Both the position numbers and the translations under genes were made by a program. Shown in pieces: positions 40,877-54,185 of a DNA stretch of 64,000 nt; the first letter of the stretch is position 1, and every line of letters starts with the position of its first letter. The notes beneath the pieces are model-generated. The model was not told the origin of the DNA and did not search any database. It worked only from the letters and a program-made list of their open reading frames with translations. Origin of the DNA: Squalus acanthias (lineage: Eukaryota). The stretch covers positions 21,640,001-21,704,000 of the forward strand of contig CM059433.1 of the NCBI GenBank assembly GCA_030390025.1. Direction: 5' to 3'.

Positions 40877-42399
40877 ACAAAACCTCATCAGGAAAGATTC
40901 TGAGTCATACAACAAAGGTCCCAGGTTTAGTCTGCAGACAGGACTATGTGTGGGGTAATACAACTAGCCTTACTATTAGTGGACAAGTAAGAGGGTAAAT
41001 TGCATCGGTTTACCTCCCCTGCGAGCCCACCTGGTAAATGCCCGTGTACAGTGTGGATGAGGATAGAATCAGACTTGGCACTAATATATCTCTTGTGATC
41101 AAACAGCTAGCTGTCTATGCTCATACATGAGAAATAGCCTCTTGAGTAAGACCCCAGAGGGATAGTAGCACCATGGAATTGTGCACCAATCTTATGAAGA
41201 GGGGAAAAAAGGAGAAAGATTAGAGGGATAAAATAAAAATGATAAAATACCAAGTTTTGAATAATTGAATTATTAACCTCTGCCACAGCAAAAGTATCCT
41301 GTTTCAAAAATAACAAAAATCTCAATTGTAACATTTAATTGAAAATAAATTAATTTGAAGGAAAGATAGCCTCCCTTTCCTCATGAGATTCTTGTATGTT
41401 TTTGATATTGACTGCCTCACCACATTCACCTGAAGCTTTGAGTTTTAAAAGGCTTTGCCCCTCAGGCAGATTTCTGTCCAGGTGATGTATATTTTTGAAT
41501 CAACTGTGTACTTCCCTCCAGTGTAGCTACATTAGAAGCAAAGCCATAGAGATCTATAGTCACTTTCAGTGACAGTAACATGTTTATGGGCTTGTAAGTC
41601 ATGAAAGACCTCCAAGATCTTACCTTGGGAAACGTAGGAGTATCTGTACCCACACGCTGCAGTCTTCCCTGAGTTGCTTAGATCTTTTATTTGTACAGAT
41701 TTGTACAAAATTTCAAGATAACTGCAAGAACAGAATAAGTGCTCACTTCACATTAACCACATTTATGACCCACAATGTACTCAAGTAGCTTAAAGATTCA
41801 AGACTAGCAATTCGACAAAACAAAAAAACTTGAAGTATGCGGCCTTATGTGACGTACATGCCAGAGAGTTAAGAACATTTAGGTGATGGTTAATAATTTT
41901 AAATATGAAAAATAACTTTTAACTGAAAAGATTTTATATATCAGCCACACTCTAGTTTGTGGCTATGCCAAACTAATCACAACTGTACATAATTGTACAA
42001 AAAGACTGATGGGGAGCAACTGAAATAAACCTGATGAAATAAAGTTATAAACAGGTAAAGTGGTAAAAAATTAAATGACATCTGGAGGACAGCAATTGCC
42101 AATTGTAAAACGAAACAATTCATTAATACAGATTGCAACTAATGCCTTTCAAGAACACTTATTTATTAAGGATGTATAACCACATTAAACTCAATTCAAG
42201 TGTAATCAAACAAATGTGTCAGTTGGTTTGCTAAACCTACCCATGCCAACTGAATTGACCAACAACAAACTATTTCATAATGCAGTCAACTTGTGCATAT
42301 ATTCTGTTTCCACTTGCAAAGCTGGTCTGGTCTAGGCAAACTTTTAACAATGGCAAAGCACTCAAATACTAGGAGATACCGTTTTAAAAAATAGGAAAT

Positions 42400-42630
42400 T
42401 AGGAGCAGGAAGAAAATATCGGGCAGAATTTTTTCACCTGCACATTAAATTTATGAAATAAGTTATCAGTGAAGGTTATTGAAGGCAATAGATTGGTTTC
42501 AAGAGGCAACTAGATTTGTTTCTGGAGAGAGAATGGATTGAGGGATATGATGAGAAGGCAGGTCGATGCAATTGAGATCAGTTGTAAAGAGATGGACATA
42601 TTAGGCCCAACGTTTCTCTGTTTCTTGTGT
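42400..42630 (+). mobile_element. Very decayed CR1 3' fragment
   Basis: Weak similarity to FKxxLDxFL...GIEGY and the 3' UTR. Confidence 0.45.
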
Positions 42631-43506
42631 GTTCTGATGCTCCTTTCTACATATTTATGTAAGTCAATTGCTGGGAAATCATTTCAACCTCGAAATTAGT
42701 GTTGTTGACATTGGTGGACAAACACTAATGTGATCATACGACATTTCTTTGCCTGCTATTTTTACACGGGTATTAACCCAGTTATTTTAAATGGCTTTTT
42801 GCCTTTCTGTGAATGGTACCAGAAAGTGATTTCTAGGCTTTAAGTTTAAGTGGGAATACAAGTTTGTAAGAATATAAATCTCGAGTGAAATCTTTAGAAT
42901 GGGTTATATATGAATTGTGAGAAAGCAGAGATTCAATAGCAGTGGGAAAAAAATTTTCATTTGAAAAGTGAGAAATATTGTTATAAATATCTAAATATTT
43001 TAATAATTCCTCTTGCCTCCCCTCACCCCCATGGGTACCAAATTATTGGTCTTGGATGGTGCACAAAGGAAAAAATAAATAAAATCTTTTCAAAATGGTC
43101 TTACTCAGATTTAATTGATTGCAATATGAGACGTTTGTGTAATTTGCATCTTGACTTATATAGTCATGTTACCCATCAACCATAGAGCTGGAAACACATA
43201 TCAAATGTTTGCAATTTATTTCATCACAACCTTTAAGTCTCTGGAGTAATTTTCACCTTCACCGCTTGGGCAGTAAACGGGCAGAGTGCATTGCCCACCC
43301 ATTATCGAACCCACATGATGGGTTCTCTCATGGGTAGGTGATTCTGCTCTGCCAGTTTACACTGGAAGTGGTGAAGGGGAAAGTGACCCCTTCTTTGTGT
43401 TGTGTGCCGATTTCCAATTGACGTACTGAGCAAAAGATCTTCTTCACAGCTTCTGCTAGTGCCATTCAGAGTGACTCGGTCTTCAGTTTGCCCATTTTCC
43501 CTGTGC

Positions 43507-43565
43507 AGAACTGAGATCAGGAGATCACTGAGAGAACTGAGATCACTGAGAGAACTGAGATCACT
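43507..43565. repeat. 18-bp tandem repeat (GAGAACTGAGATCACTGA), about 3 copies
   Basis: Direct reading. Confidence 0.8.
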
Positions 43566-44785
43566 CTATTGGGAATCATACGTTATGTTATTGGTTGCAT
43601 CATAGACAGTTGGTGGTTTATAAATTAAACGTAGTAAGGCCAAGTTTTTATCTGTTTAATTTTAGTGATTCAGTAGGAATTGCTAATCTGCCCCCCACCC
43701 CAATATGCTTTCATGTACAAATGTGACTGGGGCTATGCATTGAAGATAATTCTTACCAACAAGGTACTCTTAATCGCTGAACAATTTTTCCTGTAAACTG
43801 TTAAGTGAGTGTCAATTTTTATCACATTCCAACACATTTGGCAAAGGCATTATCACCTCTAAATGAGAAGAAATTGAGGTTGGTAATTAGGCTCTCAGTG
43901 GCGTTGTATATTATTTTATTGGACGCTCCTGGATCACAGATTGATAGGAACTGGATTTGTGGAGAGGGTCCCTTTGCTCAGTGAGTTTCCATGAAGAGTT
44001 ACCTACATTCCCAAACTTAGCAGAGGTTTCATGCATGAGATCATGTTCTCTGCCCTCCTGATTCCATTACCACACTCCCATGGACTGTGCTGGTAAATTC
44101 CAGTGTTTCCCTTATTCTGTCTTGCTCTATGGTGACTATGTTGATGTGTTCAGTGTATAACCTATTTAAGTGGAATGTAGCATGTGAAGAACCTCGCCAG
44201 AACTTTATGCATTTTCAAGAAGTTTTATAAGCCAAAATAGAATACAGTGTATGGGGGTGGGGGGAGGGCTATGTGTTTTACTTAAGAAATTAGGAGAGTT
44301 GTTGTTATATTAATATTACTGAAGAAAGCTTCAGACATGATATGACAGATATGAGACCACACATCTTAAATGAAGCTGTTTAGAGTCCCCTAACGTAGCA
44401 CAAGGAATGACCGAATTGACAGCAAACCCAGCGAATGGAGGTCCAAGTTGATCTAAGATGAGTTATGGTTGCAAGCTTTGCAGAAAGAGCTATGCTAAGA
44501 TCTGAATCATGGCCATCTTTTAGAAAACTGTGGTTTTAAAAAATAATAAATTTTGCAAATGTAAGACAAAGAACAGGAAAATAAATGATAATTGAACCTC
44601 ATAGAGGGAGATGAACAAGCTAAATTAATATATGCATACATGAATGGAACTTATAAAACACAGTTCCAAACAGTTTTTGACAAAGCGGAGCCATGGCAAT
44701 GATGAAGAATTTCAGTTAGAATTTGGCACAAAGACTGATTTGACAAAGAGCCAAAACATTATTTCCAATATTTCTAATTCTTCTG

Positions 44786-44933
44786 AAGTACTTGAAAGGA
44801 AAAAAAAAATTACAGGACTATGAGGAAAGAGCAGGGGAGTGGGATTAATTGGATAGCTCTTTCAAAGAGCCGGCACAGGCACAATGGGCTAAATGACCAC
44901 CTCTGTGCTGTAGCATTCTATGATTCTATGATT
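44786..44933 (+). mobile_element. CR1-type 3' UTR and tail
   Basis: GGCAC..GATGGGC..AATG stem region, then (ATTCTATG)n. Confidence 0.75.
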
Positions 44934-46082
44934 TTAAGTTTGGAAGATATTATCAAAAGCCAGAAAATAGAAAGTGAAAGCATTCTATTATTACAAAACA
45001 AGAAGATAACTATTAGAGTTCAAGGCAGAAGATGTTGTAAAGATGCAACCACGTCCCTGAAATAAGAACATAAGAAATAGGAGCAGGAGTGGGCCATTCG
45101 GCCCCTCAAGCCTGCTCCGCCATTCAATAAGATCATGGCTGATCTTCTACCTCATCTCCACTTTCCTGCACTATCCCCATATCCCTTGATTCCCTTAATA
45201 TCCAAAAATCTATCGATTTCTGTCTTGAATATACTCAACGACTGAGCCTCCACAGACCTCTGGGGTAGAGAATTCCAAAGATTCACCACCCTCTGAGTGA
45301 AGAAATTTCTCTTCATCTCAGTCCTAAATGGCCGACCCCTTATTCTGAGACTCTGACCCCTGGTTCTAGACTCCCCAGCCAGGGGGAACACCCTCCCTGC
45401 ATCTACCCTGTCAAGCCTGTAAGAATTTTGTATGTTTCAATGAGATCAACTCTCATTCTTCTAAACTCCAGAGAATATAGGCCTAGTCGATGCAATCTCT
45501 TCTCATAGGAATCAGTCTGGTGAACCTTCATTGCACTCCATCTATGGCAAGTATATCCTTCCTTAGGTAAGGAGACCAAAACTGTACACAATACTCCAGG
45601 TATGGTCTCACCAGGGCCCTATATAATTGCAGTAAGACATCTTTACTCTTATACACAAATCCTCTTGTAGTAAAGGCCAATATACCATTTGCTTTCTCAA
45701 TTGCTTGCTGTGCCTGCATGTTAACTTTCAGTGATTCATGTACATGGACACCCAGGCCCCTTTGAGCACCAACATTTCCCAATTTCTCACCATTTAAAAA
45801 ATACTCTGATTTTCTATTTTACCTACCAAAGTAGATAAATTCACATTTCTCCACATTATATTCCATTTGCCATGTTCTTGCGCACTCACTTAGCCTGTCT
45901 ATATCCCTTTGAAGCCTCTTTGCATCCTCCTCACAACTTACATTCCCACCTAGCTTTGTATCATCAGCAAACTTGGATATATTACATTTGGTCCCCTCAT
46001 CCAAATCATTGATATAGATTGTAAATAGCTGAGGCCCAAGCACTGATCCTTCCGGTACCCCACTAGTTACAGCCTGCCAACC

Positions 46083-48881
46083 AGAGATGTGGTTGCAAGA
46101 TGACCAGGGCTGGGAACTGAATATTCCAGGGTATTTGACAATTCGGAAGGATAGACAGAAAGGAAAGGGAGGTGGGGTGGCTTTGTTGGTAAAGGATGGG
46201 ATCAGTACAGTGGTGAGAAGTGATATTGGCTCAGAAGATCATGATGTAGAATCGGTTTGGGTGGAGATAAAAAATAATAAGGAGAAAAAGTCTCTGGTGG
46301 GCGTAGTCTACAGGCCCCCGAACAGTAACAATACTGTTGGACAGAGTATAAATCAACAAATAATGGAGGCCTGTAAAAAAAGGTACGGTAATAATCATGG
46401 GTGATTTTAATCTCCATATTGATTGAACAAATCAAATTGGCCATGGTAGCCTTGAGGAGGAGTTCATAGAGTGTATCCGGAATGGTTTCCTAGAACAGTA
46501 TGTAATGGAACCAACCAGGGAGCAGGCTATCTTGGATCTGGTACTGTGTAATGAGACAGAATTAATAAATGATCTCATAGTAAAGGATCCTCTCGGAAAG
46601 ATTGATCATAGCATGGTTGAATTTCAAATTCAGTTGAAGGGTGAGAAAGTTGTATCTCAAACCAGTGTCCTGATCTTAAACAAAGGCAATTACAATGGCA
46701 TGAGGGCAGAACTGGCTAAAGTGGACTGGAAAAATAAATTAAAGGGTAAGACAGTTGAAATGCAGTGGCGGACATTTAAGGAGATATTTCATAACTCTCA
46801 ACAAAAATATATTCCAGTGAGAAAGAAAGATTTTAAGAGAAGGGAGCACTATCCGTGGCTAACTAAGGAAGTAAAGGATGGTATCAAATTGAAAACGAAG
46901 GCATACAATGTTGCCAAGATTGGTGGGAGGTCAGAGGATTGGGAATTTTTTAAAAAACCAGCAAAGGATGACTAAAAAAATAATAAAGAGAGAAGATGAA
47001 TTATGAGAGTAAACTGGCAAGAAATATTAAAACAGATAGTAAGAGCTTCTACAGGTATATAAAAAGGAAGAGAGTAGCTAAAGTAAACATTGGTCCCTTA
47101 GAGGATGAGACTGGGGTATTAGTAATGGGGAGCGGGGAAATGTCAGAGACTCTGAACAAATATTTTGTATCTATCTTCACGGTAGAAGATACTAACAACA
47201 TCCCAATAACGGATAATCAAGGGGCGACAGGGAGGGGGAAACTAAAGACAATCACTAGCACTGAGGAAAAAGTACTTGGTAAAATAATGGGACTAAAAGA
47301 CGACAAGTCCCCTGGACCAGATGGCCTGTATCCCAGGGTCTTAAAAGAAGTGGATGCAGAGATAGTGGATGCATTGGTTGCAATATACCAAAATTCCCTG
47401 GACTCTGGAGAGGTTCCAGTGGATTGGAAAACCGCAAATGTGACACCCCTATTTAAAAGGAGGGAGACAGAAAGCAGGAAACTATCGACCAGTTAGCCTA
47501 ACATCTGTCGTTGGGAAAATGCTGGAGTCCTTCATTAAGGAAGCAGTAGCAGGGTATTTGGAAAATCATAATGCAGTCAAGCAGAGTCAGCATGGTTTTA
47601 TGAAAGGGAAATCATGTTCAACAAATTTGCTGGAGTTCTTTGAGGATGTAACAAGCAGGGTGGACAAAGGTGAGCCAGTGGCTGTGGTGTATTTGGATTT
47701 CCAGAAGGCATTCGATAAGGTGCCACATAATAGGTTACTGCATAAGATAAGAGCTCACGGAGTTGGGGGTAATATATTAGCATGGATAGAGAATTGGCTA
47801 ACCAACAGAAAGCAGAGAGTCGAGATAAATGGGTCATTTTCCGGTTGGCAAATGGTAACTAGTGGGGTGCCACAGGGATTGGTGCTGGGGCCTCAACTAT
47901 TTACAATCTACATTAATGACTTGGATGAAGGGACCGAGTGTATTGTAGCCAAGTTTGCGGATGATACAAAGATGGGTGGGAAAGCAAGTTGTGCAGAGGA
48001 CTCAAAGAATCTGCAAAGGGATATAGACAGGCTAAGTGAGTGGGCAAACATTTGGCAGATGGAGTATAATGTGGGAAAGTGCGAGGTTACAAACTTTGAT
48101 AGGAAAAATAACAAAGCAAATTATTATTTGAATGGAGAGAGATTACAAAATGCTACAGTTCAGAGGGACCTGGGGTTCCTTGTGCAAGAAACACAAAAAG
48201 TTAGCATGCAGGTACAGCAAGTAATCAAAAAGGCAAATGGAATGTTGGCCTTTATTGCAAGGGGGTTGGAGTATAAAAGCAGGGAAGTCCTGCTACAGTA
48301 CAGGGTATTGGTAATACCACACCTTCAGTACTGCGTACAGTTTTGGTCTCCTTATTTATGGAAGGATATATTTGCATTGGAGGCAGTTCAGAGACGATTC
48401 ACTAGGTTAATTCCAGAAATGAGGGGGTTGACTTATGAAGAAAGGTTGAGCAGGTTGGGCCTATATGCATTGGAATTTAGAAGAATGAGAGGTGATCTTA
48501 TTGAAACATATAAGATACTGAGGGGGCTCGACAAGGTAGATGCAGAGAGGATGTTTCCCCTCGTGGGGAAATCTAGAACTCGGGGGCATAGTTTCAGAAT
48601 AAAGGGTCGCACTTTTAGAACTGAGATGAGGAGGAATTTCTTCTCTTAGAGGGTTGTAAATCTGTGGAATTCTCTGCTCCAGAGAGCCATGGAGGCTGGG
48701 TCATTAAATACATTTAAGGTGGAGATAGACAGATTTTTGCAAGATAAGGGAGTGAAGGGTTATGGGGAGCGGGCAGGGAAGTGGCTTTGAGCCCAAGATC
48801 AGCCATGATCTTATTGAATGGCGGAGCAGGCTCGAGGGGCCAAGTGGCCTATTCCTGCTCCTATTTCTTATGTTCTTATGT
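46083..48881 (+). mobile_element. CR1 LINE nested antisense in the host CR1
   Basis: EN and RT motifs, 376-aa open segment 47519-48649; AACC on both sides; tail (TTCTTATG)n. Confidence 0.95.
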
Positions 48882-50097
48882 AACCCGAAAATGTCCCATT
48901 TATTCCTACTCTCTGTTTTCTGTCCGTTAACCAAACTTTAATCCATACTAGTATATTACCCTGAATCCCATGAGCCCTAATTTTGTTTAATAACCTCTTG
49001 TGTGGCACCATATCGAATGCCTTCTGAAAATCCAAATACACCACATCCACTGGTTCCCCCTTATCTATTCTGCTAGTTACAACCTCAAAAAACGGGAATA
49101 GATTCATCAAACATGATTTCCCTTTCATAAATCTATGTTGACTCTGCCCAATCCTATTATTATTTTCTAAGTGCCCTGTTACCACATCCTTAATAATAGA
49201 TTCTAGCATTTTCCCTACTATTGATGTCAGGCTAACTGGGCTGTAGTTCCCCATTTTCTCTCTCCCTTCGTTCTTAAATAGTGGGGTTACATTTGCTACC
49301 TTCCAATCTGCGGGAACCAATCTAGAATCAATGGAATTTTGGAAGATGACAACCAATGCATCCACTATCTCTATAGCCACCTCTTTCAAACCCTAGGATG
49401 TAGGCCATCAGGTCCAGGGGATTTATCGGCTCTCAGTCCCATTAATTTCTCCAGTACTATTTTTTTACCAATACTAATTTCTTTCAGTTTCTCATTCTCG
49501 GTAGACCCTTGGCTCTCCACTATTTCCAGGAGAGTTTTTGCGTTTTCTTCCGTGAAGACAGACACAAAGGGCTCGATTTTGCCAGGCACGAGGAGGTGGG
49601 TTTGGAGGCGTGTGAGGTGGTAAAATCGCCAAAAATGGCCTGCGGGCCCAATCCTGCCTCCATCCTGCCTCCGAGCAATTTTCCCGGAATCGAGGTTTCA
49701 GACCCCGTTTCCATCCCGCCTCTTGGAGGTGGGATAGGCCCTTAAAGCCCGTAACAACCACTTAATTGCCTCTATAATCCAATTTTGAGAGGCCTTTCTG
49801 ATTTTTAGACATTTCACCCATCCTACACGCCTCCTCTGGAACATGCCAGTGAATCCTGGCTGCTTCACAAGTGGACTGCTTACTAACAGCTGCAGCTCCA
49901 TCATTAAAAAGGAGTTTTCAGCAATCATCATTTGCAGGTGGCAGAACTTTGTTGTCTCAGGTCTGGGGGATCTTTTGGCAGGCCTACTCATTTTGTGGAA
50001 GTTTGGAGCCTGAGACCCATCTCCAGTGTGACCTCCTGGGAAACCCCTCTCCCCACCTTGCCTGAGCGCTTCCTCAACTGAGGTATATAGCAGAAGC

Positions 50098-50324
50098 ATG
50101 GGAACCATTTATTTCCTTTCCTCCTGGACATCAGATTCGGACGAAGACCCGCCGCGGCAGCAGCAGGACCCTGAACAACAGCAGCACCAACAGCAGGAGC
50201 AACAACAAGAGTGCCAAGCTGCTGCTCACCCACCTGAAGCTGCACAGGCCAGAAGGTGCTAGCGCGCGACCACATTGCTGCCCGGGATGCAAGGGACGCA
50301 CTCCTGTTGGCCAGATTTGCTTAG
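50098..50324 (+). pseudogene. Transposase remnant: N-terminus joined to C-terminus
   Basis: MGTIYFLSSWTSDSDEDPPRQQQ... then, in another frame, HIAARDARDALLLARFA*; no DDE core between them. Confidence 0.6.
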
Positions 50325-50570
50325 CCTACACAATCAAACACTTTTGCCTCGCACCTTCTTACCAGAGCATCGACAATGGACAAGAACCTGCGGATTCCTA
50401 TCACTCTGACCAGCATACTGACAATTGCAAGGCGCCCTAAGCCCTCAATGTGAAAGTCCCATTTGCAAAATAACACAGGCCACAACTTCAACAGTTTGCC
50501 ATCAAATCTGTTTATGACACCATGACAAGGATGGCTGGTCCAAATACAATACATCACAGCACCCAAGTGA

Positions 50571-52808
50571 CTACCCTTGTGTCTGCTTGTGCTTTATCTT
50601 CCTCTCACGTGTGCTCCTACGTAGTGCTTCCCCTGTGGCTTCAGCAGATGTGGAGGCCCCTTGCTCACTTTCTTGCTGCTCCCGTCTCGATGCCTTTGGC
50701 GGGCATCCTCTGGGGTTGCGAACCTGTGAGGGCTCGGCAACAGTCTGCTGCTCCTGCGGCTGTGCAGGGGCTGAGACGCCCATCTCAGTTGGGTGAGGAC
50801 TCTGGTGGGGCTCTGACCAAGGGCTTTGCAGTGGCATGGTCATGTGAGCGCTTGGAGAGGAGCCCCCACTTCCTTGTCTGCCAGCAACATCCCTCTCATG
50901 GGTCAGCCCCAGTTCAGAGCTAGCAAGTGGCTTGACAGCACCTTGCTGCACTTCAGGGGGGCCATGAGGACCCGTTTCTGCACTGGAAGTCCTACTCCAG
51001 AGGACTTCCATGAAGGTCTGGTTTCTATGCTCAATAGCTGACCATCACTCCTCAAGAGATGTCATTCTATTCTGAACAATGACCATGTTTTCAAGACCCT
51101 GGTGACTAAGCTCCTTCATGGCCGTAGCCATCCTCTCCTCTACCGTAGCCATCCTCTCCTCTGCGGTAGCCAGCCTTACCACGGAGTTAGCCATCCTTTC
51201 CATGGAGGTTGCCATCCTTTCTGCGGTGATGCGTTCATGCGCCAATGCCTCCACAAAGGCTCTGCTCATGTTTGCGATGGACTCTTCCATTCGCTCCACA
51301 CTCGCAGCGACCCTGGAGACAAAACCTGCCAGAGACTCCTGCACCTGTTCCTGGAGTTCCAGCACCGCTCTCCTTCTGGATGGACCCAAAGGCACAGGGT
51401 CGACCTGCAGCTGAGCCGAGCTGGCAGAGTCCTGCGCCCTCCAACGAGGACTCTCCACTGCTGATCCTGTCTCCACAATCTGCTGATGCTCACTTGTGAG
51501 CTGTGATACACCAGGTGACAACTCCACTCTATATCCCGAAGGTCCCACCGAGGTGTGAGTGTCTGCACTGGTGCTGGGTGCGCTGAATTCTGCTGACGCT
51601 GCACCCTCAGAGGTTGCAGCTTCCTCTGAAGAGTCTGGAAGCTCAGGTTCTTGCTCCTGGACAGTGGGGATGGGGGCTGTCGATGGTCCTGTGGGGGAGT
51701 AAAGGAAAGAGTTAGAGATGTGAGGTAAAGGTTACATGCACATTGAATAGTGCAGATGACCATAAGTCAATCTGTTAGAGCATCAGAATCATTATCAGTG
51801 ACTTATGCAATGTCAATGAGAGAGATGCCAAATTAGTCTGTCACCAGCTTGCTGTGATGCACCCGCCTGTCCGTCCCCCACTTGGGAATTGTCCTCGATC
51901 CCGGTGATTTCCAGGGCCGCCTCCTCCCAGGCGGTGAGCTGGGCTACTGAGGGTGGCCTTCCTCCTGTCATGGTTCTTTCCCTCTTATTGTGGGCTCTCT
52001 TTTCCTGCAATGAGGGACACAAGTGGAGTTTGAGTGAGAATGAAGGAGTGAGTGTAGAGAATGCATAGCATAGATGCTTAGAAGGAGACAAAGGGCCCTC
52101 CCTGTGTCACAGAATCACAGAATCCCCACAGTGCAGATAGAGGCCATTTCGGCCCATCGAGCCTGCACATATCCCACCTGCTATCCCCGTAACCCCACGT
52201 ATTTAATCCCCCCCTAACACTAAGGGTCAATTTATCATAGCCAAATCAACCTAAGCCGCACATCTTTGGACTGTGGGAGGAAACCGGAGCACCCGGAGGA
52301 AACCCACGCAGACACGGGGAGAATGTGCAAACTCCACACAGACTGTGTGTTGTAAGTTGTTGTTGTTGTTGTTGCATCGCAGTGATAGGGAGTGTGAGGG
52401 CTACATGGTCGAATAGTTAAGTGAATGTGGCCACAGAGAGAGGGAATGGGTAAGGGTGCATGGATGTAAGTGTCAAGTGGGGTGTGGAGGAAGAGGTTAG
52501 CAAAGCAGAGTGCTGGTGAGGAGAGGCGATGGGGATCAGATTGAGGGTGATGGGAAAGTCATACTCACTTTTCCTGTGTGGAGAAGGTCATGAAACCTCT
52601 TCCTGCATTGCAGCCAGGTTCTGCGGCTCATCGATATGGAGTTGACTTCCTGGGCCACTTGCAGCCACACAGCTTTAGTCTGCTGAGGTGGCTTTTTTCT
52701 CCCTGAGGAAGGGAAGAGCACCTCCTTATTCGATCTTGCTCCCTCCACCAGAGCTTGGAGGGAGGGCTCATCGAAGCGTGGAGCACACTTTTGCCTGCTG
52801 ATGGACAT
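50571..52808 (-). pseudogene. Harbinger Myb/SANT DNA-binding gene, 3 exons (52808-52569, 52004-51845, 51688-50571), one in-frame TGA at 51047-51045
   Basis: PRF...W..VA..VN....RTW.QCRKRF.DL motif; GT-AG introns of phase 0 and 1; 1518 nt in one frame. Confidence 0.85.
52108..52342 (-). mobile_element. HE1/V-SINE, 5'-truncated, in Myb intron 1
   Basis: V-domain GGGTTTCCTCCGGGTGCTCCGGTTTCCTCCCAC; CR1-type tail (ATTCTGTG)n; CTGTGT on both sides. Confidence 0.85.
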
Positions 52809-54185
52809 AGTCGATCAATGAAGTCCTTACTACAATCACCATAAAGTTTGCAGTCTCCAGAAGAAGCAAGGCTGCTTGCAGGCCTTAAATCCAGCAGCAT
52901 TGATGATGTCATCGGAGGCGACTTTCTGTATGAAAAGACTCATTGGGCCAGGGATTCCCACACGCTGGAAATCAATTGCCCAATTAGGGGAAAATCGCAC
53001 TTTTTCCCCACTTCACTTCGGAGTTGGGGTCCTGACATGAATGCCACCTGTCACGCCCCAGCCCGCCCAGACTGGCAAAATCGAGCCCAAAGTATTTGTT
53101 TAATTTCTCTGCCATTTCCTTATTCCCCATTATAATTTCTCAAGTCTCAGCCTGTAAGGTACCCACATTTACTTTCACTAATCTTTTCCTTTTTACATAC
53201 CTATAGAAGCTTTTACAGTCTGTTTTTATATCCCTCGCTAGTTTACTTTCATATTCTATTTTCCCTTTCTTTATAAGTTTCTTGGTTCTCCTTTGCTGAA
53301 TTCTAAAATCCTTACTGCTCTTTTTGGCAACATTATAAGCCTCTTCCTTTGATCTAATACTATCTTTAACATCTCTTGTTAGCCACGGTTGGACCACTTT
53401 TCCTGTGGGGTTTTTGTGCCTGAAAGGACTGTACATTTGTTGTAAATTATGTATTAATTCTTTAAATGCTAGCCATTGCTTGTCTACCATCCTACCTTTT
53501 AATGTAGTTTCCCAATCTACCTTAACCAACTCGCCCCTCATACCTACGTAGTTTGCTTTGTTTAGATTTAAGACCCTAGTTTCGGATTTAACTAAAATCA
53601 CTTTCAAACTTAATATGAAATTCATATTATGGTCACTCTTCCCTAAGGGCCCCTTTACTACAAGGTTATTAATTAACCCTTTCTGATTGCACAATACTAG
53701 ATCTAAAATAGCTTGTTCCCTAGTTGGTTCCTCAAAATACTGATCTAGAAAACTATCTTGCATAAATTCCATGAATTCATCCTCCACACTATTACTGCAA
53801 ATTTGGTTTGCCCAGTCTATATGTAGATTAAAGTCCCCCATGATTACTGTATTACCCTTGTTACATGCGCCCCTAATTTCCTGATTTATACTCTGCCCTA
53901 CATTACAATTACTGTTTGGGGGCCTATCAACCACTGCCACCCATGTTTTCTGCCACTTGCTGTTTCTTAGGTCCACCCAAACTGATTCTACTTCTTGATT
54001 TTCAGAGCTAAGATCCTTTCTCTCTACTGTCTTTATCCCATCCTTTATTATCAGGGCTACCCCTCCTCCTTTTCCATTTTGCCTATCTCATCTAAATGTT
54101 ATGTATCCTGGAAAATTTAGTTCCCAACCTTGGCCACTTTGCAACCACGTCTCCATTATGGCTATTAGATGAAACCTGTTAATTT

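Larger units (their letters stand above)
49569..53088. mobile_element. PIF/Harbinger element (3.52 kb): Myb gene retained, transposase core deleted
   Basis: Perfect 17-bp TIR GGGCTCGATTTTGCCAG; TSD AAA; two convergent genes. Confidence 0.93.

Noticed and set aside
43507..43565. Short direct repeats as a CRISPR-like array
   Set aside because: Head-to-tail tandem duplication without spacers, in eukaryotic DNA with no cas genes.
47519..48649. 376-aa RT ORF as an intact or domesticated gene
   Set aside because: Part of a 5'-truncated CR1 with frameshifts upstream and a premature stop; ordinary decay.
51045..51047. In-frame TGA as selenocysteine or programmed read-through
   Set aside because: CGA>TGA CpG decay is simpler; no SECIS element recognised.
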